Assembly (NCBI GenBank): GCA_963718565.1 | Contig: OY970364.1 | Location: 1,920,001-1,984,000 of the forward strand | Source of the DNA: an uncultured Verrucomicrobiae bacterium | Lineage (GTDB): Bacteria; Chlamydiota; Chlamydiia; Chlamydiales; Rhabdochlamydiaceae | Length of the DNA stretch: 64,000 nucleotides | Direction: 5' to 3' | Shown here: piece after piece, positions 1 to 11,025 of the stretch | Position numbering within the stretch: the stretch's first letter is position 1 | Layout of the letters: each line of letters starts with the position of its first letter | Made by a program: the position numbers and the translations under genes | Notes under the pieces: model-generated | Told to the model about the DNA's origin: nothing | The model's database searches: none | Seen by the model: only the letters and a program-made list of their open reading frames with translations

Positions 1-2
1 AA

Positions 3-743
3 ATGCAAAAAGGAGGAGCAGGGCGCCTTTTTATCGTCTTTTTGGATGCGACCCATCATGACTATAGCTGGCCGAGTGAAATGTCCCAGTTTTTTCCTTT
101 TGAGGAGAAAATCAATTATATTAGCGCAGCGATGAGTAAGAAAGGATTGGAAAAAATCAAAAATCGTTATCGAAATGCCCTGTATTTTATCGACGATCAA
201 TTCGGGAAATTCCTCAAGGCGTTGGAAAGCACGCCGGGGGGAAAAGATGCCGTTGTCGTCATTACGGGAGATCATGGGGAAGAATTTTATGAACATGGAA
301 ATTTGTTTCATGCATCTTCTCTGAGCGAACCTCAGATGCATGTTCCTCTCTACTATCGGTTTGGACAGAATGAGGCATTGCATACAAACTGCAAGATGAC
401 TTGCCATATGGATATTTTCCCCACGCTTTTTCATTATTTGATTGGCGAAGATCTTATGGGCGATGTGTTTCAAGGAGAATCGATTTTTAAAACAAATCGT
501 TGGCCTTATACCATTGTTGCACGTTTCAATGCAATTAGCAGTCCTCATGAATTTTGTATTCACAATGGAAAGAACAAGCTGCTGGCAACCTTTAGCGATG
601 AAAGAAATATCTTTAATTCAAGGGGGCTAAAGATTATCTCGACGAAAAATTGCCAGGATGAAACAATTGTAAAAGAACTCAATGCTATCCATGATGAATT
701 CGGCCCTGCCCTTGAGCGGATTTTTCCTACGAATCTTAAGTAA
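3..743 (+). CDS. Sulfatase/alkaline-phosphatase superfamily protein, C-terminal part (5' truncated by window)
   Basis: THHDY, YRNALYFIDDQFG, VVITGDHGEEF, HVPL and HMDIFPT motifs. Confidence 0.8.
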   Translation: MQKGGAGRLFIVFLDATHHDYSWPSEMSQFFPFEEKINYISAAMSKKGLEKIKNRYRNALYFIDDQFGKFLKALESTPGGKDAVVVITGDHGEEFYEHGNLFHASSLSEPQMHVPLYYRFGQNEALHTNCKMTCHMDIFPTLFHYLIGEDLMGDVFQGESIFKTNRWPYTIVARFNAISSPHEFCIHNGKNKLLATFSDERNIFNSRGLKIISTKNCQDETIVKELNAIHDEFGPALERIFPTNLK

Positions 744-1827
744 ACTTCTCCTGTCTTTGGTTTTTTGCGCGGGCCATATCTCGCTTGCCTTTGCTGACGA
801 TGGCGATGGGTGCCCTCTGCCATCCCTGTACGACCGTCCTCAGACCTGGAAGGACCGTGTGCGCATCAACACGCTTAAAAATTTTGATCAATTTTTAAAT
901 TGGAGCTTTAGTGAAAAATATAAAACATATGTGCTGACAATTCCTATTGAGGAAAAGAAAATCGAAATGGACGTTCTGGAAATGCGAACGTTCGTCGAGA
1001 ATTATGGCTATTTTGCCTGGAAACATCCCATGATCGCCAAAGTCACCACGGCAAAAGAAGATCTAGAAATCGTCAACTGTCTTTTATGCACTCTGTATGA
1101 GAAAGGAAAGAATCCGGATTATTTGCAAATCGCTGTTGCTGAAGTGCTCACAAAAGCATTAGCTTACCACGATCTAAACATTGGCCAAATGGTCACGATT
1201 CCTATTGAAGTGAAGGGTAAACTTAGCCTTGAACGATTTATCGTCGAGCGAATTTTTAATCTTTGGAAAGGCATGCCCGCTTTCGGTCTTGTCCCGGAAC
1301 GCAATGATGTTGACTCTATCCTTCTTTACCGAGGCACTGACTTTTCTCTAGATTCTCAGCGCGGATGGGCATCTCTGATGAGTGATCTCGATATCGCTGG
1401 CCCGGGATTTTCAGCCTTTCAACATTCCCAGAAAAAAATTAGCTATTGGTTAAAGTCGATGAGGTCTCAAGGCAAACCTGCTCGAATTATGGGATTCAGT
1501 TTAGGAGGAGCTCTGGCAGCCTATACCTTTATTTATGAAAATCAATGGCTGTCCGATCGCGGATCGATTTCGATTTGTGCTCCGGGTGTTAGAGAGAAAG
1601 TGATTGCAGAATGGGAGATGATGGCGCCGAAAAGACGCGCCGGATTAATGAGCTTTATCAATAGTGGCGATGTCATTTCAAAAGTAGGAAAATTGTTTGG
1701 AAATGTTTACGTTCTTTCGACAGATGAGACTTATACGCCCTTGACGGCTCACACGATATTGATGAGCAGCGAACCTTTTTTTAACAAAGCAAAGGTCGAT
1801 GTGGAACAAGAAAACGAAAGCAGGTAA
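682..1827 (+). CDS. Secreted alpha/beta hydrolase, lipase class 3-like
   Basis: Signal-like N-terminus; YRGT, GFSLGG nucleophile elbow, GDVISK, late His. Confidence 0.7.
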   Translation: MLSMMNSALPLSGFFLRILSKLLLSLVFCAGHISLAFADDGDGCPLPSLYDRPQTWKDRVRINTLKNFDQFLNWSFSEKYKTYVLTIPIEEKKIEMDVLEMRTFVENYGYFAWKHPMIAKVTTAKEDLEIVNCLLCTLYEKGKNPDYLQIAVAEVLTKALAYHDLNIGQMVTIPIEVKGKLSLERFIVERIFNLWKGMPAFGLVPERNDVDSILLYRGTDFSLDSQRGWASLMSDLDIAGPGFSAFQHSQKKISYWLKSMRSQGKPARIMGFSLGGALAAYTFIYENQWLSDRGSISICAPGVREKVIAEWEMMAPKRRAGLMSFINSGDVISKVGKLFGNVYVLSTDETYTPLTAHTILMSSEPFFNKAKVDVEQENESR

Positions 1828-1836
1828 TAATCCAAG

Positions 1837-1898
1837 TTGCTAATCGATCACCCTTGAAATTCGCTTGGGGGCGAATTTCAAGGGTGATCGATTAGCAA
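1837..1898. repeat. Perfect inverted repeat, 28-bp arms, 6-nt loop
   Basis: ttgctaatcgatcacccttgaaattcgc-ttgggg-gcgaatttcaagggtgatcgattagcaa. Confidence 0.95.
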
Positions 1899-2088
1899 AT
1901 GTAGCGGATGACCTGTGAAAATCCAACTTTTCTTATCCGATACAAATTCCTTGATTAACCTGCTTTTTCCAACTCTTCTTCTCCCTCGTCCAGCATTTAT
2001 CTGATGCAATCTCAAGGTTTTTTAGACGGGCTCTGTGAGTCGACGCGAAAAGGGACCCGCCAATCGAGACGAGGTCCGGGAGGGAGTG

Positions 2089-2167
2089 ATAACAGGGTTA
2101 TAGAATGGGCAGGGTGTGAAGAATTTTTTTCACTATTTTTATCCTGTTCATCCTATAATCCTGTTAT
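2089..2167 (+). repeat. Imperfect inverted repeat with G-U wobbles
   Basis: ataacagggttatagaatgggcagggt pairs with atcctgttcatcctataatcctgttat. Confidence 0.7.
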
Positions 2168-2224
2168 TTTTCTTTCCTCTTTCTTTTCGCATACGCAGAG
2201 GTACTCATTCGTCGGATGAACCCA

Positions 2225-3532
<1,308 letters not shown>

Positions 3533-3542
3533 TCAGGTTAAC

Positions 3543-4673
3543 CTATCTTTGACGATGTTCTTCTGAGAGAGAAGCCATTAAAGCGCAATAAGATCCAAAG
3601 CGCAAGGGGGAAATTTTACCTTCCTCTAGAGCTTTCTTCACTGCGCAATCAAGTTCATTGAGGTGGGCGCAATCCGGAAATTTGCATTCAGCTCCTAAAG
3701 CAAAGATTTCGGAAAAGTAGGCAGCGATTTCATCGACTTTTAGATCCCAAATTCCGAAACTTTTTATTCCTGGTGTATCAATGCAAAATCCGCCGCCTTC
3801 AAGGGGGATTAAATGCGTCGTTGTTGTCGTATGCGAACCTTTTCTTGTTTTTTGGACGATATCCCCTATAGCAAGACTCGACCCTGCGATGAGATTGATT
3901 AAAGAGGACTTTCCAACTCCTGATTGGCCGGAAAACACCGATGTTTTGCCGTGCATGGCTTCCTTGAGGGTTTGGATTCCTTCCAAGGTTTCCGCACTCA
4001 CGGGAATCACTTTGAAATTCAAAGCACGATAAACACGTAAAAACTCCTCATATAAAGCTGTTTCTTCGGCAAGATCGACGGTGACTTCTTTGAGGGGATT
4101 GTTCAAGAGATCCATTTTATTGACGACGATGATAGGTTCCATATTGCCCTTTTGAGCTGCAATGATATAACGGTCGATCAAAAAAGGTTTTAAAGAGGGG
4201 ACAACAACAGATGTTGTGATAAGGACTTGATCGATATTGACAGCGATCAATTGTTCTTTAGTTCGAGAAAGATTGTCTGCTCTTGACAAAATCGAGTGGC
4301 GATCTTCGACTTTGAAAATGGTGCCTTCTTTGTCTCCTTTTTCCTCAAAGCGGACAAAGTCGCCCACAGCGACAAGATTTTTGATCCGCGTCCTGTCCTG
4401 TTTGAGAGCCCCTTTTAAATGGCACAAGAACTCTTCTTGATTGCTGGAGACCAGAATGCCTTCAGGGAGAACTGCAAGGACACGGCCTCTTTTGAAATGA
4501 TCGTTCATTTCGGGCTCTGTGAACTCATTGCGTTTTTTGAGTTGGTCTTGATCGCTCTTTTTAAACTTAGAACGGTCCTTGCTTGAAGCGATCTTGCGTT
4601 CTTTGCGAGAAGCTTTTCGATCGTTAGAATAGAATTCCTCTTCCAAACGCCAAAATTCTTCTTCTTTGCTCAT
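3543..4673 (-). CDS. rsgA: Small ribosomal subunit biogenesis GTPase RsgA
   Basis: NKMD, GQSGVGKSS, HTTT, DTPG, C-x4-C-x-H-x5-C Zn site. Confidence 0.97.
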   Translation of the reverse strand: MSKEEEFWRLEEEFYSNDRKASRKERKIASSKDRSKFKKSDQDQLKKRNEFTEPEMNDHFKRGRVLAVLPEGILVSSNQEEFLCHLKGALKQDRTRIKNLVAVGDFVRFEEKGDKEGTIFKVEDRHSILSRADNLSRTKEQLIAVNIDQVLITTSVVVPSLKPFLIDRYIIAAQKGNMEPIIVVNKMDLLNNPLKEVTVDLAEETALYEEFLRVYRALNFKVIPVSAETLEGIQTLKEAMHGKTSVFSGQSGVGKSSLINLIAGSSLAIGDIVQKTRKGSHTTTTTHLIPLEGGGFCIDTPGIKSFGIWDLKVDEIAAYFSEIFALGAECKFPDCAHLNELDCAVKKALEEGKISPLRFGSYCALMASLSEEHRQR

Positions 4674-4688
4674 GAGCTTATGCCAATC

Positions 4689-5438
4689 CTAAGGTTTTTT
4701 CAATGCATACATCATAATAGCTCCTGCAGAGGCCACATTTAGAGATTCCATCTGCCCTTTCATAGGAATCGCAATCCATTCCGCCTGTTTTTTCAATTCC
4801 GAGTTGAGTCCGTGAGCTTCGTTTCCTAAAGCGAGTGCAAGCGGCGGCGTAAAGTGAACAGTGGAAAAATCTGTTCCTTTTGCATCGGCAGCAAAAAGCT
4901 TTATGCCCTTATTTTTAATCAGCGCATTCAACTCTTCAAAGGTCCCACTCTTCCAAGGCAGTGTAAAGGTTGCTCCTTTAGCGGCGCGGAGAGCTTTGTC
5001 ATTGAAAGGATCCGTGCTGCCTGGAGTTAAAAATACCCCATCCCATCCTAAACCTCGAGCTGATCGCAGTAAAGTTCCCAAATTACCTGGATCCGAGATT
5101 CTATCGAGGATTAAAAGAAAGTTTGCAGAAGAGATGTCCTGGGGTTTTGGCATCTGGATTTCAGCGATGATGGGTTCAGGTTGCTCAAGGCCAGAGATTT
5201 TTTTTATGATTTGTGAAGTCACAGAGTAAAGATGTTCACTTGCAAATGCAACATTTGTCCCTTCTTCCAAGATAAGAGAACGAAAGTGAAATTGCCGGGC
5301 AAGTTCGCGGATGAGCTTAAGTCCACAGACGACAACACTCTGTGAATGGTAGCGATAATCCCGATTTTCTCTTAGCTTGACCAAATGCTTGATGTAGGGG
5401 TGTTGTAAGCTTGTAATTTTGTGAGCTGGCATCCGCAT
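4689..5438 (-). CDS. TrmH/SpoU family RNA methyltransferase
   Basis: DPGNLGTLLRS, LGNEAHGL, ESLNVASA SPOUT motifs. Confidence 0.93.
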   Translation of the reverse strand: MRMPAHKITSLQHPYIKHLVKLRENRDYRYHSQSVVVCGLKLIRELARQFHFRSLILEEGTNVAFASEHLYSVTSQIIKKISGLEQPEPIIAEIQMPKPQDISSANFLLILDRISDPGNLGTLLRSARGLGWDGVFLTPGSTDPFNDKALRAAKGATFTLPWKSGTFEELNALIKNKGIKLFAADAKGTDFSTVHFTPPLALALGNEAHGLNSELKKQAEWIAIPMKGQMESLNVASAGAIMMYALKKP

Positions 5439-5567
5439 GCACTAGTAGATTAGGGACAAATCATAGCATAAATGAGGATTCCTCAGTAAGTTCATCTCTC
5501 AAACTGGACTGACCATTTCCAGTGATTAAATAGTTGAATATTGCTCTCATGTTGTGCTAAAACATCT

Positions 5568-5625
5568 TTTCAAACCTGAGTTTTGGGTTCATTTTATAAA
5601 ATGAACCCAAAACTCAGGTTTGAAA
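5568..5625. repeat. 58-bp perfect palindrome (family P)
   Basis: tttcaaacctgagttttgggttcatttta|taaaatgaacccaaaactcaggtttgaaa. Confidence 0.95.
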
Positions 5626-5645
5626 TACCTCAATTGTCAACCAGG

Positions 5646-6032
5646 ATGATTATGAAACGCTTTTTTTTATCGTTGCTCACTACAGTGTCGTTACTCGCTA
5701 CGGCGTATGCGACTGCAAACTGCTGCCCTTGTGTAGAAAATAGCAAGCCTGAAACGGAAAAAACGACTCTTTTACGAGAAAAAAGATACATCAAACCTGA
5801 GCAAATTATACTTCTCACAGATAAAATCCTTGTCCAAGTGGATGATGATCTTATGATTGAAGCGCGGGCCATCTATAGAGATTGCCAAGGATTTTATTTC
5901 GACGATGATGATGAGTGTGATCAAAGCACTGGCTATCGTTGGGAATGTCTCATTTGCCGCTATTGCAATCCATTTTGGCAAAAATGTTGCATAAGATGTG
6001 ATAGAGATCGAAAAGGGGATAGGTGCAAATAA
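5646..6032 (+). CDS. Secreted Cys-rich protein with C-terminal RanBP2-type zinc finger
   Basis: Signal peptide MKRFFLSLLTTVSLLATAYA; W-x-C-x2-C-x3-N-x6-C-x2-C; start moved from 5583 because that part lies in the palindrome. Confidence 0.7.
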   Translation: MIMKRFFLSLLTTVSLLATAYATANCCPCVENSKPETEKTTLLREKRYIKPEQIILLTDKILVQVDDDLMIEARAIYRDCQGFYFDDDDECDQSTGYRWECLICRYCNPFWQKCCIRCDRDRKGDRCK

Positions 6033-6982
6033 GAATCAATTTTATTTTTTTGATCTTATTAATCTCAGGCCCATTTTTATTGATGGGGATTGGGTTATTT
6101 ATTTGCTGTAATGTTTCAAAATTTGACATTGGAAAGATTACTTCTTGTTTTATTTACAGTGAAGAATCGGAAATCAAGCCGTTGCCGGACATTGAAAAAA
6201 AATACATTGCGGAAAAGATTTTTTCTCAAAAATTTTATTTTCTCGGTTCAGGCCGCCAATATTACACTTTTCTCAGTGAGGATGAACAGTATGTCTTAAA
6301 ATTTTTTAAAATGAGTCTGCTTCATCGAAAAGGAATATTTAATGATGAATTTCGCTCTTTTATTCGGAATCTCGGGCTTAGGTATGTCATGAGAAATCAG
6401 CTTCTGGCTGAAAAGATTCTTAATAATTACAGGTATGTGTACGATTTATTTCGCGAAGAAATAGCAGTTATCTATTTACACTTAGATAAAACGTTTGAGT
6501 TTCCGGTGACAGTGACTCTTATCGATGATAAAGGCAAAAAATATTTTTTAGATTTAAATTCTATAGAATTTATCGTGCAGAAACGGGCTCGGAAAATCTA
6601 CGATCATCTGAATGCGCTGGTCAAAGAGGCAAAATATGAAGATTTAGCAGCTTCTTTACGTTCTTTTTTTCAGCTGATCTCCATTCGATGTAAAAAGGGA
6701 TTCGTCGATCAAAACTTAGATCCCCATCACAGCTTTGGATTTATCGATAATACCGCTGTCCAATTTGATTGTGCCACCCTTTCTTACGACCCTTCGATTA
6801 AATATCCATCCAATTACAGAAATGAGGTATTGGAGATCGCTGAACGCTTGCAGGAATGGGCCCGAGAACATTGTCCGGAAGCTGCCCTTTTCATTCAAGA
6901 AGAAGCCCAAAAAATTGTCAATCACTCTTTGGACTGGACTTCTTTAAGACAGTTTTCAAAATGTTCAGAAAGGACGGGATAA
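6023..6982 (+). CDS. Membrane-anchored protein-kinase-like fold protein (probable pseudokinase)
   Basis: N-terminal TM; LGSGRQYYTF, YVLKFFK, DQNLDPHHSFG, QFDCA; paralog of 6922-7836 and 57828-58817. Confidence 0.65.
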   Translation: MQIRINFIFLILLISGPFLLMGIGLFICCNVSKFDIGKITSCFIYSEESEIKPLPDIEKKYIAEKIFSQKFYFLGSGRQYYTFLSEDEQYVLKFFKMSLLHRKGIFNDEFRSFIRNLGLRYVMRNQLLAEKILNNYRYVYDLFREEIAVIYLHLDKTFEFPVTVTLIDDKGKKYFLDLNSIEFIVQKRARKIYDHLNALVKEAKYEDLAASLRSFFQLISIRCKKGFVDQNLDPHHSFGFIDNTAVQFDCATLSYDPSIKYPSNYRNEVLEIAERLQEWAREHCPEAALFIQEEAQKIVNHSLDWTSLRQFSKCSERTG

Positions 6983-7836
6983 TTCTTTTCTACCCATGTT
7001 TTGAAACTATGGGTAATGCTCCCCACTTCTTGTTTATAGGCTAGAGTTTTCTGCCGAACGGGATCGATGCGGAGTTTTCCAATGTCAATTTGAACGGCGA
7101 TGTCGTCGATGAGGCCAAAGTTTTTACGAAGAATGGGATCGTTGTCAAAAACTCCCTTTTTCCCAAGAAAATCGATTAAAGAAAAAACGGAGGAGACAAT
7201 TCTTCTAGCGCCTTCAATGTCATTGCCATGCATAAGTTCAGAAATGCGCGAATAGATGAGCTGTGCGCGCTTTTGCACATAGAAACATGTCTTGTCGATA
7301 TCGACAATATGCTGTCCGCCATTCTTGTCTAAAATCGTTATTTTTTTATTGAGGTCGCGTGCATGATTGAGGTGGACATAAATTAATCCGGATTCCTTTT
7401 TTAACTCCTCAAAAGCTGTTTTGCAGGCAGAAAAAGTTGCCCGGCATTTCTCCTTTTTAAAAAGATATTCCCGATGATAAGGATTGAAGGAGAGAGGGAT
7501 ATAGGCAAGCCAAGATTTCGGACGGAGTTTTTCTTGTTTGAGGAACTTGAGGATAAATTTTTTATCTTCCGAAATGAAAACGTAGGATTGCGAGCCTTTA
7601 TTGTAATACGTAAATTTCTGATTTAAAATCTGTTCGAGTTTTTTTTGCTCTTCAAGAGAAAGTTTGGCAATTTCCCATTCTGGAGAAGATCCCTGCGATG
7701 AGAGGATTTTACTCAAAGTGAAACGAGAAGATTCATGATGGACAAATCGATCTATCCCCAAAAAAAGGGAGACCAGGGAAAAAAATAGGGCAAGCCAGAT
7801 GAAATTTTTTTTTAACATAGGGCTTAAGTATTCCAC
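6922..7836 (-). CDS. Membrane-anchored protein-kinase-like fold protein
   Basis: N-terminal TM; NKGSQSYVF, FILKFLK, DNDPILRKNFG, QIDIG. Confidence 0.7.
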   Translation of the reverse strand: MEYLSPMLKKNFIWLALFFSLVSLFLGIDRFVHHESSRFTLSKILSSQGSSPEWEIAKLSLEEQKKLEQILNQKFTYYNKGSQSYVFISEDKKFILKFLKQEKLRPKSWLAYIPLSFNPYHREYLFKKEKCRATFSACKTAFEELKKESGLIYVHLNHARDLNKKITILDKNGGQHIVDIDKTCFYVQKRAQLIYSRISELMHGNDIEGARRIVSSVFSLIDFLGKKGVFDNDPILRKNFGLIDDIAVQIDIGKLRIDPVRQKTLAYKQEVGSITHSFKTWVEKNYPVLSEHFENCLKEVQSKE

Positions 7837-9065
7837 AGACTAGATTTTTTGAGGAGATCAATTATCGTTTCGCTCTTATCGATCCCTTCATTCACACTGA
7901 TCCTTTCCGCTTCTTTAAGCAGCATCCCCATTTTTTTGCCGGGAGAAATTCCTTCTCTCATTAAATGGTCTGCGCGAACAATGGGAGCCTGAGAGCGAAT
8001 GCGCTGGATGGCAATTTCTAGAGATTGTCTACGAGACTCGTGCTCTTTTAAAAAGTTTTCCCGAACTCCCAAAGGGAGATGGGCCGCAAAAATTTCTAAG
8101 CAGGTCTTTGCATAGGGATCAGCATAGAATTGAGCCCATTCGATCTTTTCAAGTTTTGTCAGCCACTCTTGCGGCATGTTGAGCATCTGTTTTGCATGGT
8201 AGAGGAATCGCACAATTTCTCGTTCGGAACGTGACAATTTTAAATAATCGCAAAGCTCAAATAGCTGCTCAAGAGAATGGTTAGGAAAAAGCTCCAGCAA
8301 TTCTGTAATTGTCGGTGCATCTTTTGGGAAAAAAGTTAAAGGTTTAAGGCGCTTGTGGATTTCTTCAAGAGGAATTCCTTTTAATTGGGGAAAGATTGTC
8401 TGGAGAAGGTTTAATTGATGCAATGAGGCAAGACCCCGGTCGAAATGTGCAAATAAGGACATTTTTTTAAATTCTTGCCAGACGCGTTCCATCGCAACAG
8501 CGGGAAGAAGAGAAGGTGCATGGCTCAAAATAGCCTGTAGCGTTCCAGTTTCAATAGGAAAATTAAATCGAGTGGAATAGCGGACAGCCCGCATCATTCG
8601 CAAACGGTCTTCCAAGAACCGTTCGTGCGGGTCTCCGATCGCCCGTATTATCCCTTGAGCTAAATCTTTTTGTCCGCCAACATAATCGTGCAATTGATTT
8701 TTTAGAGGGTTCCAAAACATCCCATTGATAGTAAAATCTCTTCGTTGAGCATCTTCTTGGGGAGAAGCGGGTTCAATGCTTGTCGGTCGTCTACCATCGA
8801 GATAGCCTTGTTCTTTGCGGAATGTTGCGACTTCAAAATGGTGTCCTTCTTCAACGACGATGACAATTCCAAAAGCCACGCCGACGGGGATCGTTTTCGG
8901 AAAAAGCGCTTGAATTTCCTGAACGGATGCTGAAGTCGCAATATCGACATCATCTGAAGGGTGTTGCATCAGATAATCACGGACCCACCCTCCTGCAAAA
9001 TAAGCGGTATATCCTGCTTCGGTAAGTCTTTTAACGATTGTTGTGGCGTAAGGGACCTCTAGCAT
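7824..9065 (-). CDS. CCA tRNA nucleotidyltransferase / poly(A) polymerase family
   Basis: AGGWVRD, DVDIAT, EVATFR, RRDFTIN, FLEDRLRMMRAVR. Confidence 0.95.
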   Translation of the reverse strand: MLEVPYATTIVKRLTEAGYTAYFAGGWVRDYLMQHPSDDVDIATSASVQEIQALFPKTIPVGVAFGIVIVVEEGHHFEVATFRKEQGYLDGRRPTSIEPASPQEDAQRRDFTINGMFWNPLKNQLHDYVGGQKDLAQGIIRAIGDPHERFLEDRLRMMRAVRYSTRFNFPIETGTLQAILSHAPSLLPAVAMERVWQEFKKMSLFAHFDRGLASLHQLNLLQTIFPQLKGIPLEEIHKRLKPLTFFPKDAPTITELLELFPNHSLEQLFELCDYLKLSRSEREIVRFLYHAKQMLNMPQEWLTKLEKIEWAQFYADPYAKTCLEIFAAHLPLGVRENFLKEHESRRQSLEIAIQRIRSQAPIVRADHLMREGISPGKKMGMLLKEAERISVNEGIDKSETIIDLLKKSSLWNT

Positions 9066-9111
9066 GGAGTCTTATAATCAGCTCTTTGGTTTTTTCTGTT
9101 CTTAGAGTATC

Positions 9112-11025
9112 ATGAATATGGGTTTCACAAAAGGAAAGCTCTCATTGGCCAGCAGAATTCACGTCCTCTCAGACCAGACGATCAATCAGATTGCCGCAGG
9201 AGAAGTGATCGAGAATCCTGCTTCAGTAATTAAGGAATTAGTTGAAAATGCGATCGATGCTGGCGCCTCACAAATATCTATCGAAGTTTTCTCTGGAGGA
9301 TTTCAAGGAATCAAAATCAGCGATAATGGTTCTGGGATGTCGCCCGATGACGCTGTCCTCAGTTTGCAGAGACACGCCACTTCAAAAATTACCGATGCTG
9401 ATGATCTTTTTGCCTTGCTGACGATGGGTTTTCGAGGAGAAGCTCTTGCTTCGATAGCGGCCATTTCCAAAATGACACTGCTCACTGCCTTAGAAAATGC
9501 ACCCGCCGTTCTTTTAGAAATTGAAGGAGGAAAGATCAGCCATGTGACTCCAGGCGCTAGGACTCGAGGGACAACGATTGAAGTGCGCTCTTTGTTTTAC
9601 AATGTTCCAGCACGAAAAAAATTTCAAAAAAGTGCTGCTGCAAGCAGTGCCGAGATCACAAGAGTAGTGACGCAGCTTGCACTGGCCCATCCAGAAGTTG
9701 GGTTCGAGCTCATTCAACAAAGGCACTCTCAATTTTCTTTACCTTATTCGAGTGAGGAACCTTTTCCGCTCTTATTGAAAAGGCGTGCGGCGGTTTTGCT
9801 TGGAGAAGAGTTTTTAAGTTCGACGCATTTGCTCGAAATGAATGAAGAGAATTGCAAGGGAAATGGATGGATCGGCGACCCCTTATTTTCCCGTCGCAAT
9901 CGTTCGGGGCAATATCTTTTTGTCAACCGCAGGCCTGTATTTTGCCCTTCCATATCTTTTGCTGTCCGCGATGCCTATGGAACGCGTTTGAGTACCGAGC
10001 GACATCCCATTTATCTGCTTCATCTTTCTATTCCTTCTGAACTTCTCGATGTCAATGTTCATCCTCAAAAAAGAGAAATCCGTTTGCGCGAAAAAGATAG
10101 GATCAAATATGCACTTCATTCTGCAGTAAACCAAGCCCTCTTCTTCGAGGAACGGCATGACCGAGTGCAACCCTTAGCGGAGGAAGGATCTCCTTTTTCC
10201 CAAGCAGGAGTTTTCGAATCTCCAATAAAAAAGAGTTTTGTCCCATTTATCGAGACAAAAGAAGATTCTTTTCCCTGGATCTCTAGTCCTCTACCGGACT
10301 TTTCTATACCGCTCGTCTTTAAAGAAGAAATGCATGAAGTTCCCCATCAGGAATTTCCACTGGAAATGGGAATCCATGTCATTGGCCTATATCGCCATTA
10401 TTGTCTTGTAGAAGCGATCAGTTTGCCTCGTCCTTTTTCCTTTGATGCACCCGGCGTCGTCTGGATCGACCTTCTCGCTGTGGAGAGCAGACTTCAGTTC
10501 GAGGCGATGACGCGCAATTCGAAAACTTCTACTCCCTTAAGTCAGGGCCTTTTGATCCCGTTAACTTTGAGCTATTCGAGAGCAGAAGCGCAGTTGCTCA
10601 GCGGACATCTCGAGCCCATTCAAAAACTTGGAATGCAAATCCGCACAATCGGACAAACAGCGTTTTTAATCGAAGCAATTCCTCCGTTTTTGGAAGAGGA
10701 AGAAGTTGCGCACGTCCTTGAAGAGATGATTGCTGAGCTTCAGGAAATGGAACGTGAAAAATCGCTGACGGAAGATAAAAATCGCCGTTTGGCAGCCTGC
10801 ATTTGCAGAAAAATTCGCAGTCGTAAAAAAAGCTATACTGTAATGGAAGCCATGCATTTGATCAAAGAACTGCACCAAGCGAGTGATCCATTCCATTGTC
10901 CGCAGGGGAGAAAGATATTATTTTATGTCGGGGAGGAGGAGCTTGAAAGCTATTTCACGAGAAAAACAGCATCATCGCGTGCGATTGAAGCATTTGCAGA
11001 ATGCTTTGAAAGAGGAAAAACTTGA
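9112..11025 (+). CDS. mutL: DNA mismatch repair protein MutL
   Basis: IAAGEVIENPASVIKELVENAIDAGA, GFRGEAL, DVNVHPQK, CPQGR. Confidence 0.98.
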   Translation: MNMGFTKGKLSLASRIHVLSDQTINQIAAGEVIENPASVIKELVENAIDAGASQISIEVFSGGFQGIKISDNGSGMSPDDAVLSLQRHATSKITDADDLFALLTMGFRGEALASIAAISKMTLLTALENAPAVLLEIEGGKISHVTPGARTRGTTIEVRSLFYNVPARKKFQKSAAASSAEITRVVTQLALAHPEVGFELIQQRHSQFSLPYSSEEPFPLLLKRRAAVLLGEEFLSSTHLLEMNEENCKGNGWIGDPLFSRRNRSGQYLFVNRRPVFCPSISFAVRDAYGTRLSTERHPIYLLHLSIPSELLDVNVHPQKREIRLREKDRIKYALHSAVNQALFFEERHDRVQPLAEEGSPFSQAGVFESPIKKSFVPFIETKEDSFPWISSPLPDFSIPLVFKEEMHEVPHQEFPLEMGIHVIGLYRHYCLVEAISLPRPFSFDAPGVVWIDLLAVESRLQFEAMTRNSKTSTPLSQGLLIPLTLSYSRAEAQLLSGHLEPIQKLGMQIRTIGQTAFLIEAIPPFLEEEEVAHVLEEMIAELQEMEREKSLTEDKNRRLAACICRKIRSRKKSYTVMEAMHLIKELHQASDPFHCPQGRKILFYVGEEELESYFTRKTASSRAIEAFAECFERGKT

